Positions 1 through 13,739 of a stretch of 64,000 nt of DNA are shown piece by piece. The notes beneath the pieces are model-generated. The model did no database searches. It was given only the letters and a program-made list of their open reading frames with translations, and was not told the origin of the DNA. The DNA is from Eledone cirrhosa (lineage: Eukaryota). Every line of letters starts with the position of its first letter. The first letter of the stretch is position 1. The stretch is from assembly GCA_964016885.1 (NCBI GenBank), contig OZ024752.1, positions 38,440,001 through 38,504,000 of the forward strand. The letters run 5' to 3'. Position numbers and translations under genes: made by a program.

Positions 1-2227
1 CTCTCAGACAATACAAACCTTAGTAGGGAGCAGTTGCCAGGAGCAACGGAAAAGTAAATAGTGAATTGTGGAGAGACTTTGTCAGAAATGTTTGACTGTG
101 GTCGCAATGATGATGATAATTAAAATGACATTTATAACATAACAAAAGAATCTTATATAAAACTGTTGGAAGATTTTGATTTAGATCAGAACAGTTTAAA
201 ATTCCATAGGAACAGAGGTGAATTTGAGCACGTTGGTATCAAAACGGTTGAAAGTAACCTTTCAGGGCAAAATCCATGCACCTTTTAATATTGTAGGTTT
301 TATCATAGCACTCCAACCTTAAACATTTTACTAACAGACACGTCCCAGTCCTAGATTAGTTTTTCATGTGTACTTAAGAACAATTACAACATATGTCAAA
401 AGACTCTAGAGTTTATGAATTTTTATCTCATATTCCTTTTCACTTCCCCTCCTCAGATTCACAGCTGGTCAAGTCAATGGCACTAGCCTAATGACTAAAA
501 ATATGCAGGGTTTTATTGTCACCAGCATTCCACTGTGTCCATGGCATGGCCTAATCTACCTTAAGTGGATATTTTGCAGAAGAGAACTCAAAATCTGCTT
601 TGAATTTAGCTTGAAAAGCAAAATGGCTGAGCTGTCCCAGACACACTTCACAAGGACAAAGTCTTTGGTGCTACACCAATGTCGCAACGATAATCCAATC
701 CAATCCAATCTAGGACCTTCTCACTCCTGTTGGAGGAACTCCTCCCTGGTTGATCTCTGCTGCTTTCTGCTTGGTTTCGGTCATGTCTTCAGGGGTGTAG
801 CTGTATTCACCACGCTTGGCCAGTTGCAAGTTGGTGAGGTTATATAACTCATAGTTGGTGTGGATGGCAGTTGACTCTGAGGAGTTCAGCTGCCCTTTTT
901 ACAGCTCTTGTTTTTTGTGCTGCTAGCGTTCCACTAACTCTCCTCCCCAGACCAGGGTTTACTCGCCAACCACTCAACCATGCTCTACATCTCTTTCTCA
1001 CTTTCTCTATCCTTCTGTGAAAGAAATCTGCTGGTGTTCAGACCTGGAAAAGAAATGGGCTCCACCATGTTTAAAAAAATGCCTCAGATAAGCTGTATAC
1101 TAATACAGTGCCACCACGACTCCCTCAGGAGTTATGGGACCATGCGTGCATGCATAGAATGGGATGATACTGCAAAATAGTCTAAAAACTGTATATGTAG
1201 CTCTTTAGAATACTGGATTTGCAATTGTGAGGTTGTGAGTTCAATTCCTGGACCCGGTCATGCGTTATGTCCTTGAGCAAGACACTTTATTTCACATTGC
1301 TCCTTCTGCCGAGGGTTGTGACTAGTAGATAGTATCATGAGTTACAAGACCATACATACTGAAGATGAATCAATTTGTCATCAGAATTACACAGTAATGT
1401 CACAAGTTACATAACTGTTTGTTAGAGCAATATGTGCAAAAATCAATGCAAAATCCAAACTCATGATTTTTTTTTTATTTCTAACTTGCTGAATTTCACA
1501 TTCCAGCAGAATGTGTATATTTAGCAGTAAACCACCACAATAGCAATTGTATTTCTATTTACAAATAACAGAGAAATTACATGACAGAAATTACTACAAT
1601 CAGAAGTTCAAAGAGTTCAAATGTATTCTCTTTTTATAAATTTTCATTAATTGTTAATATTTCTAGGGCGGTGGATTGGCAGTATCGGTAAAGCGTCGGA
1701 CACCATGCTTTGCAGCATAGAGTTACGGTCCTTTGTAGTCTGAGTTCAAATCCCGCCAAGGTTAGCTTTGCCTTTCACCCTTACAGGGTCGATAAATAAA
1801 GCACCAGTAATGCACTGGGGTCGATTTAATCAACTTTCCCCTCCCCCCCAAATTGCTGGCCTTGTACCTAAATTTGAAACCATAAATTGTTAATATTTCT
1901 AAAATAACAATAAAACAAGCAACAACAAAACTCTGTAGTGTACTGAAAACAAAACACCCATAACACTCTACTTAGATGGATTTTTTAAATGCAGTGATAT
2001 ATGGATATTTTCCGCCCAGCCCGTCTCCTCAATCCTTCTATTTCTTCTTTAATTTCTCATTCTTTTTTCTGATGAAGGACTAGCATCTGAAATGTTAAGA
2101 CTCTTTTCCAACTATATCAAGTGTAAATCTAATAATATATTTCTTCATTGTACTGTGTCGTTTGCTTTGATATTTCTAGTTGCCTTTTGCATACACATAC
2201 AATGACACACACACATATATATATATG

Positions 2228-2490
2228 CGTCCAGAAATAGCCGTCGAAACGGCTTGAGCTCTGCCGTCGGGGTTAAACATTTTCCTATTACCCACTCTAC
2301 TACCCTAAGTATTGAGTACTCTGGTGCGTTATGGTCCGTCTGGTTCCTTACCACACCTCCTTCGTTATTTAGCTCCTACCTACGTAGTAGAGCACTTTCC
2401 GACCCTACCACGCCTTATCCTGACTTTTCCACCAGTCCAGAAATAGATGTCGAAACGGCTTGAGCTCTGCCGTCGGGGTTAAACATTTTC
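2228..2490 (+). mobile_element. Family 3 element in partial tandem form (palindromic relatives at 45348-45563 and 42840-43027)
   Basis: GTCCAGAAATAG..GTCGAAACGGCTTGAGCTCTGCCGTCGGGGT occurs twice; (TA)n flanks. Confidence 0.6.
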
Positions 2491-2492
2491 TA

Positions 2493-2526
<34 letters not shown>

Positions 2527-2735
2527 TATATTTATATATTTATATATTTGTATTTATATATTTATATTTATATTTATATATTTATATTTATATATTTATA
2601 TTTATATATTTATATTTATATATTTATATTTATATATTTATATTTATATATTTATATTTATATATTTATATTTATATATTTATATTTATATATTTATATT
2701 TATATATTTATATTTATATATTTATATTTATATAT
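2490..2735. repeat. (TA)n/(TATATT)n microsatellite
   Basis: Direct. Confidence 0.95.
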
Positions 2736-3178
2736 AAAGGGTAAAGACTCCTTTCAGTCCCGAACAATGGGATTTGCACCAAGAAAATTCCCATCCAAGG
2801 CACAAGTCCGGGCAAGGTTGTTTGTGGAAGACCAACAGTCGCCCATTCAAACTTAACCTCCACTCCATCGATACAGCTTGGCACGAGTGACGTCGCAACT
2901 CATTTCTTTTACTGAGGTAACTGGAGCAGCGTGAAATCCCCCAGTCCGAGAATTGAACTCACAACCTCCCGATTCCAAGTCCAATGCTATTTATACTTTT
3001 AACTGTTGGTCAATCAACGATAAACATTTATTGCCAGCTAAATTATTTATAGAAATATGAAGATATACTGAAGCAAAAGCAAAACCAAACAGTGAATGTG
3101 TTTGACTATATTTTTCTGCCAATATTAGAACATGGCCCTCTTTAAATATAACAAAATTAGTGATAAATTTAACTTTAC

Positions 3179-3240
3179 TTATCATAATGTGGGTCCTTTT
3201 TATCAAATGCTGTGTGATCGGGATAACTTTCTTTGACAAC
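3179..3240 (-). CDS. THYN1: THYN1 coding exon 5
   Basis: tttttcag|VVKESYPDHTAFDKKDPHYD+AA|gtaaag. Confidence 0.9.
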
Positions 3241-6200
3241 CTGAAAAAAAAAGGAAAAACAAGAAATTATATTCTTTCTTTCTATTAACTCCATTCTATT
3301 ATACAATTGAGGAAGTAATAGATTACTGAAGACAGAATCTTCATCATTTAATTCTTTAGCATTTACATTGCCTGCATACGAACAGCAATGTTGCATGGCA
3401 GTGAGACCTGGGCATTGTATGCAGAGGATATACGCAGACTGGAGAGAAATGAAGCTTGCATGCTCTGCTGGATGTGTAATAGTAATATACGTGAACGGCA
3501 AAGCATAAACGAACTAAGGGAGAAATTAGAAATAAGAGGGATCAGATGTTATTTACTCGAGAGAAGACTATGTTGGTACGGTCACGTGATGCGCATGAAA
3601 GACGACAGCTGTATAAAAAAGTGCAGGGTGATAAAAATAGACGGTAGCCACGGAGTAGGCAGACTCAGAAAAACCTGGGACGACTTGATAAATTCCGACC
3701 TCACACACTTACACCTCTCCAAGACAATGTCACTGGACTGAGATCTTTGGCGCTACACAGTAATAGAGAAGACCCGCCTTACCTAAATACAAAGTGAACC
3801 CTACTAAAGTCAGTAGGCACCTCTAACAAAATACACCCCCGTCCTACTACCCCCACCCCATCCCTTTCAATGTAAAGTTATGTTGGTACCACAACATCCA
3901 GCCCGAAACAAATGAGGTCGTGTAGGGGTCACGACAAAAAACACACAGTCCAAACTGTAAAGTGGCCGTGTAGGTAACACGGTAAAAACCTCCCAGTTCT
4001 ACACTGTAAATGTGGTTGGTGTTAGGAAGGGCATCCAGCCGTAGAAAACCCGCCAGACAGTCCTATGCGAGCAAGACAACCACTCTTGCCTCAAGTGGGA
4101 AAACTCCCGTCCAAACCCATGCAAGCGTGGAATATGGACGTTAAACGAAGATGATGATGATGATGATGATGATGATTAATCTATACTATTGTATTTTCAA
4201 AGGGCGGTGGATTGGCAGTATCGGTAGAGGGTCGGATGCCATGCTTTGACGCATAGAGTTATGGCCCTTGCCATTCTGAGTTCAAATCCCGCCGAGGTTA
4301 ACTTTGCCTTTCATCCTTACGGGGTCGATAAAATAAAGTACCAGTAATGCACTGGGTAATTGCTGGCCTTGTGCCAAAAGTAGAAACAACTATTGTATTT
4401 TCATGGTAAAGGCTTTATCTCACATAATATTGATGCTTGCAAGGGTTGGACACATCTTCAAAGATTGATTCAGTTCTGAAGTGGGGCTACAGACCTTTCA
4501 GATGGGCTGGGGTACTGCATCTTGTATATATAGTTCCATGCTCTTTCGATGGCATTTTATCATGACACCATCACTAAGGAGGTTGTTATGTCTTTAACAC
4601 AGCCACAACTGAAGGGTCCTTCCAACCTATTGTTTGGTAGGTTTTTGAGACCACACTGTAAAGTAGTCGTGTAGGTGTCTCAACAAAAAGCACCCAACAT
4701 GGAGGTTGTCATGTCTTTGACAAAAAAACACACAGTCCACGCTGTAATGTGGTTATGTAGGAAACACAGTAAAAGGCTCCCAGTCCACACTGTAAATGTG
4801 GTTGGTAGAAAACCTGACAGATACAGTTCTATACGAGCAAGACATGGTCACCCGATCAATCTTGCCTCAAGTGGGACAATTCCTGACTAACCCATGGTAG
4901 CGTGGAAGATAGACGTTAAACGATAATGATGATTAGTCATTAAAACGTAAGAAGAGTTTATAGGTGAATAAGATGACATATTCTTTAAAATGTATGGGAA
5001 AGTAATGGTAATACACAATAGAATTGGCAGCCATTTATAACACAGTTAGAAGCAGGGCTCTGGCAGAATTAATAATTGCTTATTTCTTAGATGGGTTGGA
5101 TAGGTTTGTAAATTTAGATATTTGTATGAATTTCATAAAAATCTGGAGCAAAAGTGGTATAAGTTATAAACGAGTATTGGATGAAATAAAAACCAAGATT
5201 GTTATCAATAATACTGACCTCACAGATGCCAGCAATTCCAGGAGGTTTGCAGTTACTGTGATAGAAAAATACTTTATGCTTAACTTCCATTTGATCTTTC
5301 ATAAAATTTCTGGCCTGCAAAATTAAATTAAAACATAACTATTAGAAATCAGACCTACCCAGAAAAATCAAAATGGCATTCTTCAGAACATGTTGATCAG
5401 TGTTGTTGTATGGATGTTAAATGATGATGAAACACTAGAGCTAATGATTCAATCTCTATTTAGCAGTCAGTACTATCATTATTATCAAAAGTACCAGTCT
5501 AACACTGGAGTCGACTCTTCTCTTTGGAAGAAATCTGCTGTACTCGGGTCTGGAGTAGAAAGAAAAAAATGTTTCCATCTAGTATGAACCACATTCGCTT
5601 CCCCACTTTCACATCCTAACCTTGCACTGAGGTCCTAACACCCATCCCATGCTCTAATACCCCACCCTTCACCAACTAAGTCCCCCACTGTAAAGTGGTT
5701 GTGTTGGTGGCACAACAAAAAGCACCCAGTCCACACTGCATATGTGGTTGGTGTTAGGAATGGCATCCAGCCATAGAAACCAAGCCAGAATCAGTCTTGT
5801 TTGAGAAAGACTCAGGTCATCTGATCTAACTTGACTCACGAGACAACTCATTCAACCCATGCCAGCGTGAAAAAATGGACATTAAACAGTGATGATGACG
5901 ATGACAGATTATTTTCATTTTGCTGGAACATTCTCAGAGTAGCTTGTACTGTAGTTCAATGGATTTGAAAATTCTACAATAAAATTATGAAAATCAAAAG
6001 GAAATAAACAAACCTGATAATTTCGGACTCCATCCCAGCATGCAGTTTGGTTTGGAGAATTTTTCAAGTCATCTAAACTGAACTGAAATAAAACAAATTG
6101 AAAAAATTATAATTCTGAATTTGTAAAATGTCATCAGTTTATATTTTTAATATATACAGTGCTCTATATGAGGAGGTTCATGGCCTAGTGGTAAGGGTGT

Positions 6201-9200
6201 TTGACTTACGATCATGTTGTGGGTTCGATTCCTGGGCTAGGTTGCGTGTTGAGTTCTTGAGCCACACACTTTATTTCATGTTGCTCCAGTATACTTAGCT
6301 GCAAATTAGTACCAGCAGCAATGGCTGCTGGCCTGCCCAGGGGGTGTCTTGTACTCTCAGTCGTTTCACTCCAGAGAAACTGGGAGAAGCACTGGTCTGA
6401 TGAGACTCCAGGCTTGAGGTAGACTCTCTATTCACAGAGTTTAAATCCCACCGAGGTCAACTTTGCCTTTCATTCATTCGAGGTCGATAAAAAAGTACCA
6501 GTCAGGTACTGGGGTCGATTCTTCCTCTATATCCCTTTCTCACTCTCCCTTCCCTCACTCTTTATCCTTCTCTGGAAGAAATCTGCTATATTCAGGCCTG
6601 GAGAGGAGATGGGCTCTACCGGTTTTAAAAATGCCCTAAAAACACTGTATCTCAATATATCAATGCAGTGAGTGTCCCTACAACATCACCAGGAGTTACG
6701 GGTCCATGTATAGATATGTCCCCCACAAAACTAACAGCTGTACTTAATTATAGCTTTCTGCTCTGCTTAACAGGAACCTCTATTTACAATTCAATATATA
6801 AAGTACCAGTAATGAACTGGTGTAATTGCTGGCCTTGTGCCTAAAGTAGAAACAAATATATATGACTTGAGGATAAAAATCATAGTTAATTTCCCATTCA
6901 ACACAGACAGACATACATAGAAATGTGAATATATACTATGTATATCTCACAATGGTGTGAATACATAGACAGACATACATAGAAATGTGAATATATACTA
7001 TGTATATCCCACAATGGTGTGAATACATAGACAGACATACATAGAAATGTGAATATATACTATGTATATCTCACAATGGTTTGATTACATAGAAATGTGA
7101 ATATATACTATGTATATCCCACAATGGTTTGATTACATAGAAATGTGAATATATACTATGTATATCTCACAATGGTGTGAATACACAGACAGACATACAT
7201 AGAAATGTGAATATATACTATGTATATATCCCACAATGGTGTGAATACATAGAAATACAATCATAAACATATTGGTACATAGAAAGTTATTCTAAGTTTC
7301 CTAAATGCAAGATTGAATTTCGAGAGACTTTTAAATTACCCAGTTTTGACATTTATGAACTGCCATTAGTGACATATGTAACATGCTATTAATGTCATAT
7401 ATGTATTCATACATATATATATAGTGTTTGTACCAGAGTTTTCAAGTCGCTGGCTGGACTAAAAAGTCACACTCGTTCAGCGCATCAGTCAGTCCTATGT
7501 GAGCAAGACAACCACTCTTGCCTCAAGTGGGAAAACTCCCGTCCAAACCCATGCAAGCATGGAACATGGACGTTAAACGATGATGATGATGATGATGATG
7601 ATGATGATATATATGTGTGTATAGACTCACACATTTATACTCATATATATGGTGGCTGCCAACTCGTTTTCGAGTACGGCCACTACTTTATATCCATGTA
7701 GGAGAACCCCTACCGATGCGCTGAACGACTGTGACTTTTTAGTCCAGCCAGCGACTTGAAAACTCTGGTACAAACACTATACTTGTGACAATTATTGGCA
7801 CATAGTGCTGGGCCCATGGTACCATGTGACAAGTGCAGAGAGATCTCCAGATATAAAGCAATGCCTGCTCCATGAAGCTTTTATAGTGAGTAAAGGGACT
7901 GCACAAAGCCAGTCCCACTCTCTTAACCGAGATGATATTTACCAAAAAGAAGAACAAGTCAACATCATTGGATACCATCAGGGTTGCAGGTGTTATATCA
8001 GAGTTTTCCTTATAATATATATACGCATGTATATATACACACACATTCATACTCATATATGCGTGTATAGACTCACACATTCATACTCATATATGTGTGT
8101 ATAGACTCACACATTCATACTTATATATGTGTGTATAGACTCACACATTCATACTCATATATGTGTGTATAGACTCACACATTCATACTTATATATGCAT
8201 GTATACACACACACATTCATACTCATATACATGCATGTATATATATATATACACACACATTCATACCCATATATGCATGTATATATACATACACATTCAT
8301 ACTCATATACATGCATGTATATACACACACATTCATACTCATTTATATACAACTAGCAGATTTACCCGACGTTGCCCGGGGTTTGAAGTCATGCCAAGAA
8401 TATACAGCTAGGAAGTAAATTGAATGGAAAATCCCATAAGGATTTAGTTTTTATGGGTTTGTTGACAGAGGCATGTGACATCATCATCATTTTACGTCCA
8501 CTTTTCCCTGCTTGCAAGTGTGGGACGGGAACTGATTCTGGCTTGATTTCTACAGCTGGATGCCCTTCCTAACACCAACCTCATTTACAGTGAGTGCTGG
8601 GTGCTTTTTTGCCGTGGCACCTACACGACCACTTTGCAGTGGAATGATAGGGACCCCAGTCCCTATCATCTCATTTCTACAGCTGAGTAAACTGGAGCAA
8701 TGTGAAATAAAGTGTCTTGCTCAAGGAAACAACACATCACCCGGTCTGAGAATTGAACTCACAACCTTTCGATTGCAAGGCCAATGCTCTAACCACTAAG
8801 CCATATGCCTCCATATGACCTAGAAGAAAATCGATGCTTGCTTAAGTGCAGAGAATAAACACCTACAATTTTGTCGCAAGTGACAAAAAAATGTGCAAGC
8901 TACAACTGAAAAGTTGTAGGTCCCAACAGTTTGAATGGAAAGTCCCATAAGGATTTGTTTTGATTGATTTCTACCTTACATCATGCTCTTTAGAAAAAAT
9001 AATTTTGCTATCGATATCAATTTTTTATTGCTCAATGTGGGTCGATTTGAAAAATATTTGTGATGTGACCATCTTAGCGACAGGTGCAACGTGCACAGAC
9101 ACACACACACACGCATTCATACTCATATATATGCATGTATATATATATATATATATACACACACATATTCATACTTATATATACTGTATGCATATATATA

Positions 9201-11734
9201 CACACACATATTCAGAAACATATTTATGTATGTATACACATACACATTCATAAACATATATATGCATGTATATATACACACACACAGACACATTCATAAA
9301 CACATATATATATGCATGTATACACACACACACATTCATAAACACATATATACACACACACACACATTCATAAACACATATATATGCATGTATATACAAA
9401 CACACATTCATAAACACATATATACACACACACACACATTCATAAACACATATATATGCACAATAAAGTGTTTCTTTAACACTTTATTGTGCATATATAT
9501 ATATATATATGAATTTAAACAAATGTAAATTACATTTCTAGCTTTATAATAACCCTTTCATTACTATATCAACTTCCTCGGTTAATGAAGAGTAGAAGCA
9601 CATGGCCCAGTGGTAAGGGTGTTCAACTTACAATCATAATGTCGTGGGTTCGATTTCTGGGTTGCGTGTTATGTTTTTGAACAAAACACTTCATTTTACG
9701 TTGCTCCAGTATACTCAGCTGAAAATGAGTACCAGCAATAGCTGGGGGGGGGGGGGGGGGGGTTAACCCTGTGAAAGAGTGAGATAAGCACTGGCCAAAT
9801 GAGCCTTCCGGCTTAAGACAAACTTTAGACTTAGACTGTTAATGAAGTCACCGAAATTGCTAAAATTCTCTACTACTTTTCGTGAGCCTTTTGAACATTT
9901 GTATGAGCCACACAGAAACTGTACCTTCCCTGTCAGCCACCTGTGGTCCCACAACACATCTCCTGTGCCCACAGTCCACACTGGGTACACCATATTGAAT
10001 TCAAGCTTACTCTATTTTTGGTTTTTCTTGAAAGTCCCAAAAAGATATGAAGCCACTTAGTTTAACCCTTTAGCATTCACATTACTCTATGTATACTATT
10101 GTATTTTTGTGGTAAAGGCTTTACCTCACATAATATCAAATCTATGAGATTTTGAAAGTATTTATTTTGAGAACAATACCTTAACATCACTTTGAGCGAC
10201 CAGTTACAGCCAGTTTCAACAGAAACAGGTAGAGAATTCTGGCCGGTTTGAACATTAAAGGGTTAAGGGATTATGATGAAGGAGAAATTAAGATGAAAGG
10301 AATAAATTTACTTTAGACTTGAAAGAGTTCAGGTCATAAGAAGGAAGAGGAAAACTGAAATGGAAGAGAATTCCAAAGCTACAACCATAGAAAGACTTTC
10401 TAATTGGTGGGACCACAACAGTATTTTGCTACATAAAATATCGGATGCTCTTTGATAGGTTAGGTTTGTGGTGAAGCCTGTAGCAATGGAGACTTCCGGT
10501 ATTCTTGGTCACTGGACCACATACCTACTCACTGTTATCAGGGTGGAGTTGGTTAACTGCAGGAGTGAGACCCATGAGGTTGAGTGGCTGTCCCAGCACA
10601 CCTCTCTTACCATCCTCCGGGGCAATGACTTCCCCAATCTGTTCGCTGGGACAACAAGCTGATATGTGGATTAGAATTAGTTATGAAAGTGAAAACATTT
10701 AACAGTAACTCTCTTCCCGTCACTCACTATATACATAACTTATTCTCTCAATATATGTAACTGCCTTCCCTCTCTCTATATATATGCATAACTTATTCTA
10801 TACCCCCTCTCAATATATGTAACTTCTCCCTTTACTCAATATATATAATATACTCTCTTCCCCCTCTCTCAATATAATGAGATTAGATGAAACCATTTTC
10901 AAACCTTAACGTCAACTCCGCTTTCAAACCTCGACTCTGGCTCAGATTTCATCAACCAATGGGAATGAGAAATAGTTGGTTTCTCGGAATCTTTTTTACT
11001 TGTTTTATCTGAAAATATAAAACATGAACACGTGACAACGATACATACTAAATAGACTTACATGACCCACTTATTCTTGGGATGGTCGTGGAGCAAGAGT
11101 CTTCTAACACTCCTTCCAGTGGGTCTTGTCAAAAGAAACCGGCCCATGTATATTATACAACCATCTTGCTCAGGGTCTACTCCTGGGTCTTTTGTTGGGT
11201 GGTTTTGCCCGTAAAATCTGTCCAGTGATTCTTTCCTGAGACATTCTCACCCATGCCCGTAATTCGGAGAAGTAGCTGCTCTACTCTCCGATCTATGCAC
11301 TCAATTGAGTAATGTTACTCCAAAGACCTTTCGGAAGAACCCCCATCGCGATCGTATTTCCTCGGGTACTACCGAAGACCCATAACAATTTGAAAATACC
11401 AAAATATTTAAACAATAAGCAGCAAAGAAATACAACAAAGGAGTTTCTATATGGTCAATCAACATGCTAGATATGATAGCAAACCTTCCTTAGGTCTCAC
11501 TCTATCATCGTTAAACAGGAAGGACATTGAATAATGCAGTCTTAGCTATACTATATTTAGTGGGAGTGGAAGACAGGAGAGTCATGGTTGGAGTTCAAGC
11601 ACACAACACAACGCATTGCTGAGTCCAAGAATTGAATTCACAACCTTACATATGTGACAAATAGAAAGAAATGAATATATTTTGTTTAGTATTTTTTTAC
11701 CTTTAGTTGTCTTTAATTTCTTCTTCGGTGGCAT
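3179..11734 (-). CDS. THYN1: Thymocyte nuclear protein 1 (EVE domain), 5' portion; join complement(11701-11734,10905-11008,6014-6082,5219-5314,3179-3240); remaining exons probably left of the window
   Basis: Spliced translation MPPKKKLKTTKDKTSKKDSEKPTISHSHWLMKSEPESRFESGVDVKFSLDDLKNSPNQTACWDGVRNYQARNFMKDQMEVKHKVFFYHSNCKPPGIAGICEVVKESYPDHTAFDKKDPHYD matches THYN1 motifs (HWLMKSEP, WDGVRNYQARNF, FFYHSNCK, YPDHT). All four introns are GT-AG with consistent phases 1,0,0,0, followed by a phase-2 donor. Confidence 0.95.
3380..4176 (+). mobile_element. 5'-truncated RTE-clade LINE (ORF C-terminus, 3' UTR, (GAT)n tail)
   Basis: MLHGSETW...RLERNE..ML.WM...RRL.WYGHVMRM....GR.RKTW motif; tail AGGAAGGGCATCCAGCCGTAGAAAA...GGACGTTAAACGA(TGA)n. 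Confidence 0.85.
5219..5314 (-). CDS. THYN1: THYN1 coding exon 4
   Basis: ttgcag|ARNFMKDQMEVKHKVFFYHSNCKPPGIAGICE|gtcagt, 96 nt. Confidence 0.95.
6014..6082 (-). CDS. THYN1: THYN1 coding exon 3
   Basis: tttcag|FSLDDLKNSPNQTACWDGVRNYQ|gtttgt, 69 nt. Confidence 0.95.
6900..7258. repeat. ~56-bp tandem repeat
   Basis: ACATAGAAATGTGAATATATACTATGTATATC.CACAATGGT unit. Confidence 0.9.
7650..7960 (-). mobile_element. Non-autonomous RTE-derived element with a C2H2-like end; other copies at 26240-26545 (+), 7423-7485 and 61453-61515
   Basis: Shared sequence encoding [19 protein letters not shown], typical of RTE ORF C-termini. Confidence 0.55.
10062..10266. mobile_element. piggyBac-type MITE; other copies at 17798-18016, 23446-23661, 53195-53423, 54024-54236
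   Basis: Family consensus TTAA-CCCTTTAGCATT ... AATGCTAAAGGG-TTAA: TIRs with TTAA target duplication. Confidence 0.85.
10440..10662 (+). mobile_element. CRE/R2-like (RLE endonuclease) non-LTR retrotransposon 3' fragment
   Basis: PVAMETSGILG...EWLSQHTSLTILRGN matches the RLE C-terminal P.A.ET.G / QR.S....RGN motif. Confidence 0.65.
10905..11008 (-). CDS. THYN1: THYN1 coding exon 2
   Basis: ttttcag|AT...HWLMKSEPESRFESGVDVK|gtttga. Confidence 0.95.
11701..11734 (-). CDS. THYN1: THYN1 coding exon 1 (MPPKKKLKTTK, NLS-like)
   Basis: ATG at 11734, donor AAG|gtaaaa; phase 1 fits the next exon. Confidence 0.8.
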
Positions 11735-11776
11735 GATGTTCACGTAAACAAATGCACGCTTATTCAGGTTATAATA

Positions 11777-12010
11777 TTTCCCGCCACAAGTAATTGGTGT
11801 ATAACTTTTCACTGTTTCGTAGGAAGTAATAGAAAAAAAAAAAGAAGATATTTGCTACTATATTTCATTCCCTTTTAATTAAATTAATTAATTTATTAAT
11901 TCTTTTCATAGAATAAAAAATCACTTTTATAATTATTTCAGGTATATAAATTTATACGAAACTATTTATAAGTAATTGTTGCTTGGCAACGACCCGGTTG
12001 CTATGATTGC
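11777..12010. promoter_or_regulatory. Probable bidirectional promoter THYN1/LRRC56 with an E2F-like site and RFX X-boxes
   Basis: TTTCCCGCC at 11777-11785; near-palindromic X-box GTTGCTTGGCAAC at 11978-11990; second half-matching X-box GTTGCTATGATTGC at 11997-12010; repeat-free island just upstream of the THYN1 ATG. Confidence 0.65.
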
Positions 12011-13374
12011 TGTCCGGTGATATGCAAAGAAAATGCTAACAATTAGAACAAAATTATTTCACCTGTCAAGATATGTACCAAACCAATTTATTTATATTTT
12101 AAAGGAAAAGTGATAAATCAACTAAAATCTTAAATCTATTTCTTTATTTTTTAAACAAAGTAACTTCAATTATTTATCTATTTATGCTTGTTTGATGTTA
12201 TTTCAAATACTCGACAAATGTCTTAATTTTGACAACTTTAGAGAAAATATGTGATAAACCAAAATATACACATTCTTGGGGGGCGTAAGTAAACATTTTC
12301 ATTTTTTCCCCTTGTCTTTTGATACTATAACTTTAATTGTTACACAAATTTGTTTCTAATGTCCTTGAAAAATACTGCATTCATTCACTTTATGGGCCTC
12401 ATCTAGAAAATTCAAATCTTTACGGAAAATGTTAAAAAGTAATAAAAAAAAAATTAACAAATCGTGTTAACAATTGTTAGAAATACGATGATCGGTTGAA
12501 AAGTTCATAGGCTGACTAAGATACTCTCATGGAATGACCAAATGAGGTTCATTTTTCAACATAATCCCTGGAAAGAAACAAGAGTTGAAATTAATGCATG
12601 TGTAGCATTGTTTCTAAAAATATTAATAATAAACACCGTCCTACTATATTAACATAAAAATAGATGTAGACGAGTAAAAAAAAAAAGTAGAAACAATATT
12701 TAGAGGTTAAACATTTTATTGAAGAATAAATCTTGAACATTTTGTAAAAAACTAATAACGTACAGTTAAGTTGGTGTTAATATATATTTAATTCTTTCTA
12801 CTTTTGGCACAAGGCCAGCAATTATTCCAGAGCATTACTGGTACTTTATTTTATCGGCAATGAAAGGCAAAGTTAACCTCGGCGGTATTTGAACTCAGAA
12901 CATAAAGGGTCATAACTCTATGCTGTAAAGCATGGTGTCTGACGCTCTACCGATGCTGCCAATTCACCATATTTAATGTGTGTGCATACATTATCTGCAA
13001 CTCCTGAAGGAATCGTATGGGCGCCGCCATATTGACATGCGGCGTTTCTAGGGCATTTCTTTTAAACCTGGCGGAATCCATCACCTCTCCAGATCTGAAC
13101 AGATTTTTTCCAGGGGCGGCTAGAGAATGAGAGAGAAAGGAAGTGAGAAAGAGATATAGAAGAAGAATTAATCCCAAAGCTAGACATGTACTTTTTTTAT
13201 CGACCTCGAAAAGATGAAAGGCAGAGTTGACCTCGCTGGGATTTGTAAAAAAGCCGGAATGAATACCACAAAGCACTTTATCTGACGTTCTGACGACTCT
13301 ATATTTAATGTAGAGAGTATTTTTAAAAAAAAAACAACTCGAGATAACTATGTAACAAGTTAAGAGAAATCGGA

Positions 13375-13650
13375 AGTGGTGTGCTAGAGATAAGATTGTG
13401 TTAGTACGGACATGTGGTGTGCATGGGTGGTGATCGCAGAGTGAAGAAGTACCAAGAAATCCCTGTGGAAGGAAGCCACATCAGATGAATGCCAAAGACA
13501 TGCACAGAGGTGGTGAGAGTTGACCTCAAATCGCTGAAACTCAGAGTGGAGATGACAAAGGATTGCAACATGTGGAGAGATGTTGTGCTAAAAAGGACCC
13601 ATGGAAGCATGGAAAAACGAACATAAAAACTAGGATGATGATTATGATAG
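13375..13650 (+). mobile_element. Decayed RTE LINE 3' fragment
   Basis: Degenerate YGHVVCM...VKKYQEIPVEG region plus an ATG-repeat tail. Confidence 0.6.
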
Positions 13651-13739
13651 CTATGTGGTTTCAGGTTGTCCAGTATCTTCTACTTGAACAAGTGTCTCCT
13701 GTACTTTAAGGTCAACCAATACCTTGTGAATGAATTTAT

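Noticed and set aside
491-960. 118-aa ORF or further THYN1 exons
   Set aside because: No THYN1 motifs on the minus strand; looks like decayed repeat sequence and cannot be assigned
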